This document shows positions 27,149-40,629 of a stretch of 64,000 nt of DNA, one piece after another. The stretch lies in contig OX597817.1 in assembly GCA_951406725.2 (NCBI GenBank), forward strand, positions 114,948,001 to 115,012,000. The letters run 5' to 3'. The stretch's first letter is position 1. Every line of letters starts with the position of its first letter. The notes under the pieces are model-generated. The model worked only from the letters and a program-made list of their open reading frames with translations. It was not told the origin of the DNA and did no database searches. The translations under genes and the position numbers were made by a program. The DNA comes from Octopus vulgaris. Taxonomy: Eukaryota.

Positions 27149-27204
27149 TTTTCGGTAGTCGTCTGGCAGCTTCCTCTCTCATTCAGAACTTCTCCTACAA
27201 AATA

Positions 27205-28298
27205 TCAGGTCATCCTATAAGTTCTGTCCGATTTTACCATTTTTAAAATTGAATGAAATTTAGTAGTATTTTAGAATGTCTAATGGAATTAAAAATTATT
27301 TTTATGCATTTGTGTACATTTAAACTAATTAAATATTGTTTTACAGAATAACAGTATTAAAACTTCTAACTTGGAACTATCCAAAGAGCATTTAAGGCAC
27401 ATAATGCTTTATGAGTACAAAAAAGCCGAAGCGACTTGAAACACACACTCAGTTTATGGGAAAGAATGCTTGAATGAAAGAACTCGCAGAAGATGGTTTG
27501 CAATATTCAGAAGTGGAGATTTCAGCCTTGAAGATAAAGATAGAACAGGACGTCCAGTTGAGTTTGATGATAAGCTCCTTGAGGCATTACTTGAAGAAAA
27601 TCCTGCGTTATCAGTTGAAGAATTGTCAATAAAGCTTACTTCAAACCATACAACTGTTCATCGTCATCTTCAACAACTTGGAAGATTGGTGCCGCATGAA
27701 TTGTCCGAAAGCAACCGCAAATCCAGAGTTGACATCTGCTCTTCTCTCCATTCTCGTGAACTCATTTCACCCTTTTTGGATAGACTTGTGACTGGTAACG
27801 AAAAAATGGATCTTCTCTCTATCTGGTGGATTGCAAAGGTGTAATTCACCTTGAATTGTTACCAGCTAATGCAACAATCAGTGCTCAAGTCTACAGTCAG
27901 CAATTAGAGCGTTTGAACCAAGCTCTGAAGAAAAAAAATCTACTTTAGTGAATCGAAAACGAGTGATGTTTCATCAGGACAATGCGCGACCCCACACTAC
28001 AAAGATCACATCACTGTAGATCGAAGAGCTTGGTTGGGAAAAAATTCCTCATCCACCTTATTTTCCCGACCTTACTCCTTCAGACCACCATTTGTTTCGT
28101 AGTTTACAGAATAATTTGGGGTACATAACTTTCGCAAGCCAAGTGGAGCCAGAGTTCTTCGCTTGTAAATAGATGGAAGGAAGTCATCGATAATCAGGGA
28201 AAGTATATTGAATTGATGATTAAATTTCAATTAATTTTAACATTTGATCACTTGCTTTCTTTATTCAAAATTCGAACAGAACTTATGGGATGACCTGA
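27205..28298 (+). mobile_element. mariner (DD34D) element, defective, with TIRs and TA TSD
   Basis: TIRs tcaggtcatcctataagttctgt / acagaacttatgggatgacctga flanked by TA; motifs RRWF..FRSGDFSLED..R.GRP, LVPHELS, RLVTGNEK, FHQDNARPH, HPPYFPDLTPSDHHLFRSLQN; frameshifts and deletions present. Confidence 0.92.
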
Positions 28299-28972
28299 TA
28301 TAATGATTATGTATGGAAATGACTCCAACAAAGCCAATGCTTGTATCTGTAAAAAACGCAATGCAAAACATCCACTTATAAGTTGGCAATTAATAGAAAT
28401 TTAAGATAGTTTAAAGTGGCCGAAGACTTTTGCACGCTACTGTATATAAATTCGAGGAATGAAAATTTCAGTAAATGCACCTGGTCGGAATTTAAAATTA
28501 GACCACCAGATATTTAGTAAGCCATTAACATCTGGTTTACGTCTGCTAGATATCGAATTATTGTAACGTTGGTTATGTTCCTCGTGTTTCCCTTCTTGTC
28601 ATCTTTTAACGTTTAAACAAGTATCTCTTGTTTAAGCGTTAGCTGCTCAAAAGACAACTGACAAACGACGGTCTCGTTTTCAGCTTGATAAATGGCGGAA
28701 TAAATTATAATCAGGGCAGCTGTATTTAAAAGATTTGTGGTTTTTTATTTTAAAATCACACACACACACGCACGCGCACACACACACGCACGCGCACACA
28801 CACACGCACGCACACACACATATAGATATACATATATACAAACACACACTCACAGAGATATACATATATACATATATGTACATACATACACGCATACATA
28901 CATATACATACACACACGCATATATATATACATTATATATATATATTCAAATATATACACATATACATATAT

Positions 28973-29270
28973 AGGATGTTTGGGTTATGATTGTAAGGTG
29001 GTGAGTTCGATTCCCAGTGACGCATTGTGTCCTTGAGCAAGACACTTTATTTCACGTTGCTCCAGTCCTGTCAGCTGGCAAAAATGAATTACACCTGTAT
29101 TTCATAGGGCCAGTCCTGTCACAGCCTGTATCACACTGAATCACCGTGGGAACTACGTGAAGGGTAAGCATGTCTGTGGAGAGCTCAGCCACTTGCATGC
29201 TGATTTGACGAGCAGGCTGTTCCGTTGAACGGATCAACTGGAAACTCCATCCTCGTAACCGACGAGATTC
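28973..29270 (+). mobile_element. SINE family B copy (5'-truncated, tail type 3)
   Basis: gagttcgattccc...gtgtccttgagcaagacactttatttcacgttgctccagtcc...cgtaaccgacg; tail shared with 41340-41521. Confidence 0.8.
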
Positions 29271-29327
29271 TAGTCAGTTAAATGGATATGTATGCATATG
29301 TATGTGAGTACGAATGTATACATACAT

Positions 29328-29491
29328 AGGCGTAAGAGTGGCTGTGTAGTAAGTAGTTTGCTTACCAACCACATGGTTCCGAATTCAGTCCCACTGCGTG
29401 GCACCTTGGGCTAGTGTCTTCTACTATAGCCTCGGGCCGACCAAAGCCTTGTGAGTGGATTTGGTAGACGGAAACTGAAAGAAGCCTGTCG

Positions 29492-29576
<85 letters not shown>

Positions 29577-29784
29577 ATGTGTTTGTGTGTCTGTGTATGT
29601 CCCTCCAACATCGCTTGACAACCGATGCTGGTGTGTTTACGTCCCCGTAACATAGCGGTTCGGCAAAAGGGACCTATAGAATAAGTACTAAGCTTACAAA
29701 GAATAAGTCCTGGGGTCGATTTGTTCGACTAAAGGCGGTGCAGCATGGCCGCAGTCAAATAACTGAAACAAGTAAGAATAAAGA

Positions 29785-29786
<2 letters not shown>
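29328..29786 (+). mobile_element. SINE family A copy
   Basis: Close match to 18029-18448 and 35027-35440. Confidence 0.88.
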
Positions 29787-29828
<42 letters not shown>

Positions 29829-29983
29829 TCCTTACTCTTTTACTTGTTTCAGTCATTTGAATATATATATATTGGCCTGCTCGCTTAGCCAGCGGGGTGG
29901 CGTCATTCGAAGGCTAAAACAATGCGAACGCATTGTGGCCAGCGATGTGTAACAACATCTGATGGTGTGGTCGGTCACGTGAT

Positions 29984-30014
<31 letters not shown>

Positions 30015-30569
30015 CGTGCAAACACATAGATACTTCCAAATTGTATGCATACATGCACATGCATCTATATGCACGCACTCATGTGTCAGTGAGTGTATCA
30101 CAATGTATACAAAGGTTGATCAACTGTCAAACTAGAGAAGATTCAATGCAGTCAATGCATCTTGAAAACTGCTTATTTTTTTTTATTTCAACTGACAGGC
30201 ATACATCCGTATGTGAGTGTAAGTGTATATGCGTGCATGCATGGAGAGTGAAGGAGAGATAGATAGATATATAGTGAGAAAGATAGATACATAGAGAGAG
30301 AGAAAGAGAGAGTTCTGACTTGGTGATTGTAGTAGTTTACAAGTAAGAAATTATTCATTGAAAGCAACAGTATATAATTTGATTTATTCATCATCTTAAT
30401 ACATTGCCACGATATTTCAACAAGGCCTGTATCAACAGAGTTTCATCAGAGAAGCATAGAGAATGCACAAAATATTAAAAAATGGCATGGCCCTGTTGTA
30501 AGGGTATGAATAAATCGAACACACACACACGCACACGCACACATGTACGTATATATGTATGTACATCTA

Positions 30570-30770
30570 TGTGTGTCTTTGCGTTTGTGTTTACCACCAC
30601 TACGGTACTGGTTTGTTTACGTACCCGTGAAGAAGCAGTTAGACAAAAGAGACCGATAGGGTAAGTACCAGGTTTTAGAAAATAAGTATTGGATTCGATT
30701 CGTTTGATTGAAACCATTCAATATGGCGCCCTAGCATGACAGCGATCTAGTGACTGAAACAAGTAAAAAA
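30570..30770 (+). mobile_element. SINE family A 3' half
   Basis: gaccgatagg.taagtacc...ggcgccctagcatg...tgactgaaacaagtaaa. Confidence 0.6.
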
Positions 30771-30840
30771 TAATGTGTATGTGTGTGTTTGTGTATGTGT
30801 GTATTTGTGTGTGTATGTATATATGTATGCATGTATGTAA

Positions 30841-31008
30841 AGAGTACACGAAAAAGCAAAAATAAAAGACGAAGACAGGTAGTGTAGAAAACAAACAGAT
30901 GTATTAGTATAACGCTCAGGAATTGAAAAAGTATTTTACGTTTCGAGCCTACGCTCTTCTACAGAAAGGGACACAGAAAAAAAACAAAGAGAGAACCAAG
31001 GAGAGAGT
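30841..31008 (-). mobile_element. PLE pseudo-LTR fragment with variant minimal hammerhead (30934-30967)
   Basis: Minus: uuu CUGUAGA agagc guag gcuc GAAA CG UA aaa; related fragment at 52575-52663. Confidence 0.6.
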
Positions 31009-31602
31009 ATGTACGTATGTACGAATGTATGTTGATAAGGCAATGTATGTTTATAAGGTATTATTTGTATCGTTCTGATGTCATGCACAATGTTCTTGCA
31101 ACCTCTAGATTAATTTAATCTTTCTGGTTATTTGTATGGTGGGGATGACTGTTAAAACTAACTCTTCATTGTTTAATGTAAAGTATAGTAAGAATTTTGA
31201 AATCTGGTTAAAACTAAGAATTGTTGAGTGTTTCTTTTTTCTTATCTAATAAACAGGTCTCGATATTCGTATACCTCCTTAGTACAACTCATAGAAAATA
31301 TATTATTTGTGAATTTATGTCAAAGTTGTACATAAAACATAGATGTACATGAAAATAAAATTATATCCAACAGTGATCAGTGGTGGTACATTGTAAGTTA
31401 GAACTGTTCAGTGACATTTAAACGTTATTCACGTGGGGTGTACATTCAAATTTGAAATTTGAATGAATTATATATATGTATATATATTTGTATATACTTA
31501 TATATATATGTTTGTATATGCTCAAGGGCGGTGCCCCAGCATGGCCTCAGCCGGATGGCTGAAACAAGTAAAAAAGTAAAAGAGTATACATACATACATA
31601 CA

Positions 31603-31633
<31 letters not shown>

Positions 31634-31899
31634 CTGTATACACGCACACATATATATATATAACACATACATATATACATACTCATACACACATAATCCT
31701 GTATATTTCTGTATGTGCGAAGTGTTGCCTGAAATATTTCTTTACTGCCTCTGTCATTAAATAAACCGGAGTGTATAGTTTAAATGTGTCGTTATTTTGT
31801 TGTCTCTGCCGCCTTTAATTTTTGTCCCTTGTCAGTTCCATCCTATTTTAGATATTTCTTTTTTTAAAACATCTAATTTATTGCACAGAAGAAAACACA

Positions 31900-31981
<82 letters not shown>

Positions 31982-31989
31982 TATTTATG

Positions 31990-32261
31990 CGCCCTTTTCA
32001 AGCCTAGCTAGGCTCATGGGCCCGGTTTCCCGGTTTCCCGGTTTCTGTGGGGTATGTGCTCCCCCAGCTGGACGGGACGCCAGTCATCGCACTGTTATCC
32101 AAGAAACAAGAAGAAAGTGTGAGAGAAAGTTGGGGCGAAAGAGTACGACAGGGTCGCCACCCCCCACCCCCTGCCGGAGCCTTGTGGAGCTTTAGGTGTT
32201 TTCGCTCAATAAACATACATGCGATTCCGCTGCTCTAACCACTGGGCCATTGCGCCTCCAC
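31990..32261 (-). mobile_element. SINE family B copy (internally deleted)
   Basis: Head rc of actgggccattgcgcctccac; tail shared with 19080 (ggctcatgggcccggtttccc). Confidence 0.8.
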
Positions 32262-34602
32262 ACACACACACATATATATATATGCACACACACACACACA
32301 CACACACACCTAGTATGTCCATTTGAATATATTTATATTTGTATTTATGCATGTTGTATGGAAGTATGTATGAAGGCAACGTCTTTTTAGAAACGTTAGA
32401 GGCTTGAAAACTATGTTGTGCAGTATTTATTCCGTCGAGGTCAATTTTTGCCTTTCATCTTTTGGTGTTCGATAATAAATTTCTAATCCAAGGCGGGATC
32501 GCGTGGCGGGGGCTGTTAGAAGGTCAGACGAGATATTTTACTGTATGTATTCTGGCTATATTTGTTTGTATCTATTTTTGCGTTCTGATAGCAATGCCTG
32601 CGACGGCACTGTTGCCAATCTCTATCGGCCAAGTCGGCTGATAGCGATTGGCAACAATAACTCTCGGATAAACATCAGTATCCGATGTTTATCCGATAGA
32701 TAAATATCGGTATCAAGGAGAAAGATTCGCTTGCATAGACGATTGCCAGTTTACCTTCTAAAAGTATTAACCATACCCTCATATACATGTACAAATGCAT
32801 GGTCAACCTTAAACGACATATGCCATAATATATGTGTGTGTGTCTGTGTGTGTGTGTACTCATGTGCATATCTGTACTTATTTCAGTCATTAGACCAAGG
32901 TCAGGCTGGAGCATCACCTTGAGGAATATTAGTCGAACTAATCAACCTCAGTACTTATTTATCCCTTTAGCGGCTATTCAAGTGTTGATCCTAGTCTATT
33001 TACTATTTAATTGAACGCAAGTTAGATAATTTATAAAGAAATTAGGGACTTTGTCAATCTTAGGGTCTTTCTCGCCGCTTTTAGCTATTAAGTGTTCATC
33101 TGTTCTTTGTCAGCTGTTGTTGGTATGCACATTTTACCCTTTTCTCTCTTCAGGTCCATTCTTTTCCTTTCTGATTCTGATTCATTCTCCTGTTTGGTTG
33201 TGCTGAATGTTTCTGTTCCAAAGCCAGTCCTAGTATGACTGATTTTCCAATGATATTAGTGTATCTTTTAATGTCCCGTTAAAGCATTTTTTTACGCTTA
33301 ATTCAAACGCCGTGTTCCCCTGGAATAGTTCCCATCTTTGAAACATTTGAACCTTCATATTTTTTTCTGATATAGTTTAATTTGACCTTTGCTTTGCTTC
33401 CAGTGTCTCATATTTTTTTTATTAATATTATATTTTAAAAAAGTATTTGGTTACTTTTGTTCTTTCTGTTTTGTTAAGTACAGGTAAATCTTTTTAGATT
33501 ATACTCTTTTCTTTTTGCTTAGTTTGGGTGAAAAGTATTTGACATTTACGATTAAGCCTTTCCCTGAATATGACGACTACTTGAACAGATGAGATCATTT
33601 AATCTGTGGATATTTTGGTATTTTGTAACAGTAGACAGAATATTGTGCAGAACCCTGCTACATTTATTTCTTTCGTTAAGTTCTTTGAACGTCTGTAACT
33701 TGGAAAGAGATTTATGTTAATCCATTTTCATCGATTTTCTTTCTACTTTTCTCTCTCCTTTATTGCTTCTGGTAGGTCTAGCTCAATATTAATGCTTGTT
33801 GATCTGCTGTAATGTGTGTTATTATGTATGTTATTAAATGAGGAATCAAGTGTATATATTTGCTGTGTTCGTGAATTAGCTTGAATGTGTCTATTGCAAC
33901 TTTTATGAGCTTCATTATCATTTTGATTTTTGTCGTTTTTTTTTTCTCTGTCCTAGTTTTGCTCTGATGCTTCGCTTCTTGTCTGTCTTAGCAACTATCT
34001 GAAGTCAGTTTTAATGTCCATGAATTTTTCTATGTAAATTTTTGGAAACTTAATACTGTTTATTTCGAATCTCCGTATGTTCGTTAGTGCATTAGGATTT
34101 ATACTTTCTTTCTCCTCAAGTTATAGGTCTGTTTTATAGTTCTCGTGTGTGTTAGATGCAGCATTAATGTATAATAGCAATACCTCTCCCTAGTGTATTG
34201 TTCATTGCTCCAACGTTCCTTTCTTTCAATTTAGTTTATATGTTGGACGTTAGCATTATGGCACGTAACTTCGTTTGTTAACTTTCGAGAAGGATATTGA
34301 GTCTGAATTAAGCATGACATTATTTTTGTATCGTATTTAACACATGCTAAGAAATTCCCCAGACATCTTGGCTCTGCCATCTGTATTTTAGTTCCAGTTT
34401 GATTTATTAATGGACATAGTTTTTTTTTCCTTGCATAATAATAATAAAATATAAGACATAAAATAAGTATCCATCTTTACAGTAACATTTTCTTCACTTT
34501 TTAGGCTAATTTTGGTCTTGTTATTGGATCAGTTTCGGTTTTTACGGGAGCTAGGTTCATTGTTATTGTCGTTATCATCATCACCGTTGTCGTCGTTGTT
34601 GT

Positions 34603-34649
34603 AACAACAACAACAACAACAACAACATCAATAATAATAATAATCATTA

Positions 34650-34710
<61 letters not shown>

Positions 34711-34715
34711 CATCA

Positions 34716-34782
<67 letters not shown>

Positions 34783-34798
34783 CATTATTATCATCATC
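34603..34798. repeat. (AAC)n/(AAT)n/(ATT)n trinucleotide array
   Basis: Directly visible. Confidence 0.95.
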
Positions 34799-34800
34799 AA

Positions 34801-35005
34801 AGTGGCTAGCTGGAAGAATCATTGGCACGCCGAACAAAATGCTTAACAGCATTTCGTCCGTCATTACGTTCTGAGTTCAAATTCTGCCTTTCACTTTTTC
34901 TGGATCGATAAAGGAAGTACTTGTCGAGCACTGGAGTCAATGTAATTGACTAGTCCGCTTTCCCTGAATATCAGGCTGCGCGCCTATAGTAGATAGGGTT
35001 ATTAT
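34801..35005 (+). mobile_element. SINE family C copy
   Basis: gctggaagaatcattggcacgccg..aaatgctta..ttacgttctgagttcaaatt. Confidence 0.75.
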
Positions 35006-35026
35006 TATTATCGATATTTTCCTTAT

Positions 35027-35440
35027 CGCCGGAGTGGCTGTATGGTAAGTAGCTTGTTTACCAACCACATGGTTCCGGGTTCAGTCCCACTGCATGGCAC
35101 CTTGGGCAAGTGTCTTCTACTATAGCCTCAGGCCGACCAAAGCCTTGTAAGTGGATTTGGTAGACGGAAACTGAAAGAAGCCCGTCCCATATATGTATAT
35201 ATATATGCGTGTGTGTGTTTGTGTGTCTGTGTTTGTCCCCCTAGCATAGCTTGGCAACCGATGCTGGTGTGTTTATGTCACCGTAACTTAGCGGTTCGGC
35301 AAAAGAGACCGATAGAATAAGTACTGGGCTTACAAAAGAATAAGTCCCGGGGTCGACTTGCTCGATTAAAGGTGGTGCTCCAGCATGGCCGCAGTCAAAT
35401 GACTGAAACAAGTAAAAGAGAAAAGAGAAAAGAGAGAGAA
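35027..35440 (+). mobile_element. SINE family A copy
   Basis: Close match to 18029-18448. Confidence 0.88.
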
Positions 35441-35893
35441 TAATAATAAGAACTGTTATTATTTTATTAATACGACGATGGCAACAAGAACCACCAATAC
35501 TACCACCAGCACCACCACTACCCCCTACCACTAATACTAGTTCTACTACACCGTGGTTTATTTTCATTGCGCTCTTCGTTTACTCAAGCTCTCTGGTATA
35601 TGAACGTCGAAGATAGTAATTCATATAAACTGATATATTTGTGGGTCACCGGTTGAATTGAGTTACGATTCCTTGTTTATCGAGCTAGTGAAACAAGCAG
35701 AATCAATACTTACCAAAGGTGTACTTTTGCGAGAAGCTCATCTCTGCATTTGTGAGCAAATAACGTACCGATTTCACAATAATTTCACAAGCCAGCAAGA
35801 AAACCTTTATATAATGTCGCTTTACTAGTTAGAAATGACAGCTATATTATCTCTCTCGCATCTTACCTTATCGTCTTAAGCGAAAAGGAAGAA

Positions 35894-36145
35894 GTGGAGG
35901 CGCGTGGCTTAGTGGTTAGGGTGTTGAACTCATGATCGTAAGGTTGTGGTTTCTATTCCTGGACCGGGCGATACGTTGTGTTCTTGAGCAAAACTCTTTA
36001 TTTCACGTTGCTTCAGTCCACTCAGTTGGCAAAAATGAGTAACGCTGTGATGGATTGGCGTCCTGTCCAGCTGGGGAATTTCTACGCTACTGAAATCGGG
36101 AAACCGGCCCTTATGAGCCTGGCATGGCACGAGAAGAAACATTAA
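35894..36145 (+). mobile_element. SINE family B copy (tail type 1)
   Basis: gtggaggcgcgtggcttagtggttaggg...gttcttgagcaaaac...gggaaaccggcccttatgagcctggc. Confidence 0.85.
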
Positions 36146-36958
36146 GCAAAAAAGAAGACATTAGGTAATGCCGATTCAAGGGTTTTATAACTGAAAATAA
36201 GTTTATCATGGCTCCAACGCTTTTGCTCGGTTAGAGAAGACCTAGGGCTTAACAATGATAAGAACAACATTACAAGGAACAAAAGCAGCAGCAGAAACGG
36301 CAACAACAGTAACAGTAGCAACAACGATGATTCCACTTCTTATAGCAGTGAACTGTATTACATTGTGGTTACGATAACCAGCCTGGTGAACGAAGATATT
36401 TGAGATTTGATATATCATGGTCATTGATATATATATTATGTAATTGTTAACAGCATATGAATTGCCCACATATTACGTTCATCTGGCAATTTGGCAACGT
36501 TTTAAATTTGGGCAACTGAAAATTCAATAGCGGACTGACATCATATTAAAGTCATTCGAGGTTTTGATTTTTCAGAATAAGAATACTCAATATTAGTTAT
36601 TAAAAGATTTTAACAGCGAGTGTAAACTCACAGGTTAAATAGTTGAAAATATTTTTCTGGGGATTTGTCAAGCTTAAATTAATCTTAAAATGACATTGCT
36701 GGCACGGGTTTATTGATTTTGACGGTGGGAGTGATTATTTTTGATAAATATTAGTTTGAAACATTTTCAGTTAAGAATCTTATATTTCTTATTCAAATGA
36801 CTAATATTTATTCATTGCACACGATGTTTACTTGCCAAGTAATCATATACAAAATACTATATATTTTGGTGGAGTTGGAGTAATTTGTCTTGGAACTGTG
36901 TTGTAAGCAGGCTGAATAAATCAATTCAGCACATCAGTGCTGTAGTACCGTATAAGAG

Positions 36959-37055
<97 letters not shown>

Positions 37056-37323
37056 CGCTCTCCTTCTTTCCCCTGTAAAGGCGTATGTATAAATAAATTT
37101 ACACACGCACATACACATACACACACACACGTGCGTGTAAAAATATGTGTAAACACATATGAGTATGTGTATGTATATATATGTACGCTTATTATAAATG
37201 TATGCATCTATACATATATATATATATATATATATATTTATGTATAGTATTTATGTATATATATATATGTTTATGTGTAACAGTTTGTCTGTCTGTCTAT
37301 CTATCGGTCTATCTATCTATCGG

Positions 37324-37410
<87 letters not shown>

Positions 37411-37473
37411 GTACATACATTCATACATACATACATGATATATCGTATATCCAAACTATAATTATTTTAATGC

Positions 37474-37562
<89 letters not shown>

Positions 37563-37631
37563 ATATATATATGATATTATATACTATATATATATAATAT
37601 ATATATTTTGTGTATATATATATATAATATA

Positions 37632-37917
37632 GGGCCGACCAATGCCTTGTGAGTGGATTTGTCGTATATATGTATATATATGTATATGTATGTATGTGTA
37701 TGTGTTTGTGTGTCTGCGTTTGTCCTCCAAACATCGCTTGACAACCGATGCTGGTGTGTTTACGTCCCCGTAACTTAGAGGTTCGGCAAAAGGTACCGAT
37801 AGAATAAGTACTAGGCTTACAAAGAATAAGTCCTGGGGTCGATTTGCTCGACTAAAGGCGGTGCTCCAGCATGGCGACAGTCACATGACTGAAACAAGTA
37901 AAAAGTAAAAAAAGTAA

Positions 37918-37920
<3 letters not shown>
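37632..37920 (+). mobile_element. SINE family A copy, 5'-truncated
   Basis: gggccgaccaa.gccttgtgagtggattt...tgactgaaacaagtaaa. Confidence 0.85.
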
Positions 37921-37957
<37 letters not shown>

Positions 37958-38137
37958 ATTATGGCTTAGTAAAATAAATTACTTTGCCACATACTGAACT
38001 TAGTAGAAATAGCAGCCAAAAAAATTTTCTTAGCATTTCTACTACTTAAAGAAAATTTCTCTCAGATAATGTTTACTCTAGACAGCTCACGAAGGTTTGG
38101 GGGTAAATACAGAAAAATATCACAAGTACATAGATCG

Positions 38138-38200
38138 TTTGAGTACGTCAACGTTTCAAGATTAGCCAAATAAAATCAGCATTTCTTTCGTCAGCTCAAA
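38138..38200 (-). ncRNA. type I hammerhead ribozyme (unit B copy 1)
   Basis: uuugag CUGACGA aaga...ucuu GAAA CGUUGACG UA cucaaa. Confidence 0.9.
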
Positions 38201-38699
38201 ATTTCTTAATTTGGATTTGGAAACACTAAAAAGAAGGAACTTTACCTATCAGCGACTTGTCGCTTCAGATGAACTACTCCAACTAACAGTGTCAACAAAT
38301 TCAAAATGCGCAGGCGTAAAATTCTGCACTCCCCATTCCACCCACGTGGTCTATCTAGCAAACATTATATTTTAACCGCGAGAACCGAGGCAGTATGACC
38401 GAGAGATATGAATTATAATATCAACAATTGAGGGTAAAATTAATTAATTAATCAATTTCACCAAGTCTTCAGTATGTAAAAGGACCATTTAAGGCGAATT
38501 CAAAATATTACATTATATAATTAGGGCTTAGTAAAATAAATTACTTTGCCACATACTGAACTTAGTAGAAATAGCAGCCAAAAAAATTTTCTTAGCATTT
38601 CTACTACTTAAAGAAAATTTCTCTCAGATAATGTTTACTCTAGACAGCTCACGAAGGTTTGGGGGTAAATACAGAAAAATATCACAAGTACATAGATCG

Positions 38700-38762
38700 T
38701 TTGAGTACGTCAACGTTTCAAGATTAGCCAAATAAAATCAGCATTTCTTTCGTCAGCTCAAA
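38700..38762 (-). ncRNA. type I hammerhead ribozyme (unit B copy 2)
   Basis: Same motif 562 bp downstream. Confidence 0.9.
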
Positions 38763-39153
38763 ATTTCTTAATTTGGATTTGGAAACACTAAAAAGAAGGA
38801 ACTTTACCTATCAGCGACTTGTCGCTTCAGGTGAACCACTCCAACTAACAGTGTCAACAAATTCAAAATGCGCAGGCGTAAAATTCTGCACTCCCCATTC
38901 CACCCACGTGTTAATCTTACCCTCAATTGTTGATATTATAATTCATATCTCTCGGTCATACTGCCTCGGTTCTCGCGGTTAAAATATAATGTTTGCTAGA
39001 TAGACCACGTGGGTGGAATGGGGAATGCAGAATTTTACGCCTGCGCATTTTGAATTTGTTGACACTGTTAGTTGGAGTGGTTCATCTGAAGCGACAAGTC
39101 GCTGATAGGTAAAGTTCCTTCTTTTTAGTGTTTCCAAATCCAAATTAAGAAAT

Positions 39154-39216
39154 TTTGAGCTGACGAAAGAAATGCTGATTTTATTTGGCTAATCTTGAAA
39201 CGTTGACGTACTCAAA
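39154..39216 (+). ncRNA. type I hammerhead ribozyme (unit B inverted copy)
   Basis: tttgag CTGACGA aagaaatgctgattttatttggctaatctt GAAA cgttgacg TA ctcaaa; predicted cleavage after A39210. Confidence 0.9.
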
Positions 39217-39492
39217 CGATCTATGTACTTGTGATATTTTTCTGTATTTACCCCCAAACCTTCGTGAGCTGTCTAGAGTAAACATTATCTGAGAGAAATT
39301 TTCTTTAAGTAGTAGAAATGCTAAGAAAATTTTTTTGGCTGCTATTTCTACTAAGTTCAGTATGTGGCAAAGTAATTTATTTTACTAAGCCCTAATTATA
39401 TAATGTAATATTTTGAATTCGCCTTAAATGGTCCTTTTACATACTGAACACTTGGTGAAATTGATTAATTAATTAATTTTACCCTCAATTGT

Positions 39493-39551
<59 letters not shown>

Positions 39552-40629
39552 GATGCACACACATACACACCTGTTCACCTGTTTATTTCTCATATCTGTC
39601 TTTCTACAATGATATTGCCAGTGTAGAAATTGCAATCGAAAAGTCATAATTTGTACAAAACTCACGAATTATTATGAGTAATGAAATGAATCATCATTTC
39701 TTGCATATATTACTAGGAATGAAAGCCGTATGCGTAATGACTGACCGAACGTATATTGTGAACAGTTAGAACAAGAATAAAGATTGGTTCTTTGTGTGAC
39801 GCACTTCTTAAGACGCCTATAAAATAGCTGTTAGCTACTCTCTGTTACTGAGCTAACAGCAAAATAATGTGCTTACTCAATGATATTGCATGCGTTACCT
39901 ACTGAACTATTGAGAAATAGAGAAATAGATTGACAGAGAGGGGGAGAAAGAAGACAGTGAGAGAGGAGAGAGAAAAGAGGAGAACGAGAGACAAATAAAT
40001 AGATAGACAGGTAGAAAGAGAAGGATTTGAAGACTTCAAGATTCTAATTACACTAATTTTTGTCTTTGGGTAGCAACTGTTATTTCTTATTTGCTAACAC
40101 CTAGAAAGTATGAGAAGTGAATAATGTTTTCTTCAAACTTTGCTTTGCATACAGTTATTCAAACCACAAATAATCCTTCTCAACACAAGGCTACGATTCT
40201 CCCCCACTAATTCTGCTCATGATCAGAGAGGCACATATTCTCAGCCACTAAGGGCCATGCTCAAGTGGTTATGGTCAAGCCACTGACAAGCAAATCTGTG
40301 GTACTGAGCAGAATATTTGCTATAATGATATTTCTGCTTCAGTAACTCAGCGTCGAATCTGTCTGAAATGTAATGGAAAATAGATCAGTTTCAAAACATT
40401 GATGTCCAGGTCACAAAAGCAAAGTTTGAAGGGAATAGTAGTAATTTCCTTTGATTTCTAAATAGAAGACAAGAAGAAATAACACTTACTGACCGAAGTC
40501 ATAAAAAAAACAACAAAAAAAAAAAAAGAGAAACAATTACCGTGTTATTGCAAGGTAAGAATGGGAAATATTTGTAATAGTCTACATTAGACAATCTTTG
40601 AAGAAGTGGCATTGATATTCACACATGCA

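Larger units (their letters stand above)
25871..28442 (-). mobile_element. rearranged Tc1-like element (minus) containing an opposite-orientation Tc1 fragment and a nested mariner
   Basis: Minus ORF 26167-26661 includes TVKFEGKSLMLWGYIKSDG...FQHDGVPCYRS; TIR-like gtggccgaagacttttgcacgctactg-TA at 28416-28444. Confidence 0.7.
37950..39498. mobile_element. hammerhead-bearing non-coding multimer (retrozyme/PLE pLTR-like), 562-bp unit, inserted in (TA)n
   Basis: Unit 1 37950-38511, partial unit 2 38512-38910, inverted permuted unit 38911-39498; (TA)n on both sides. Confidence 0.9.

Noticed and set aside
33000-34400. T-rich block, possibly a LINE ORF1 remnant on the minus strand
   Set aside because: No convincing motif by eye; left unannotated.
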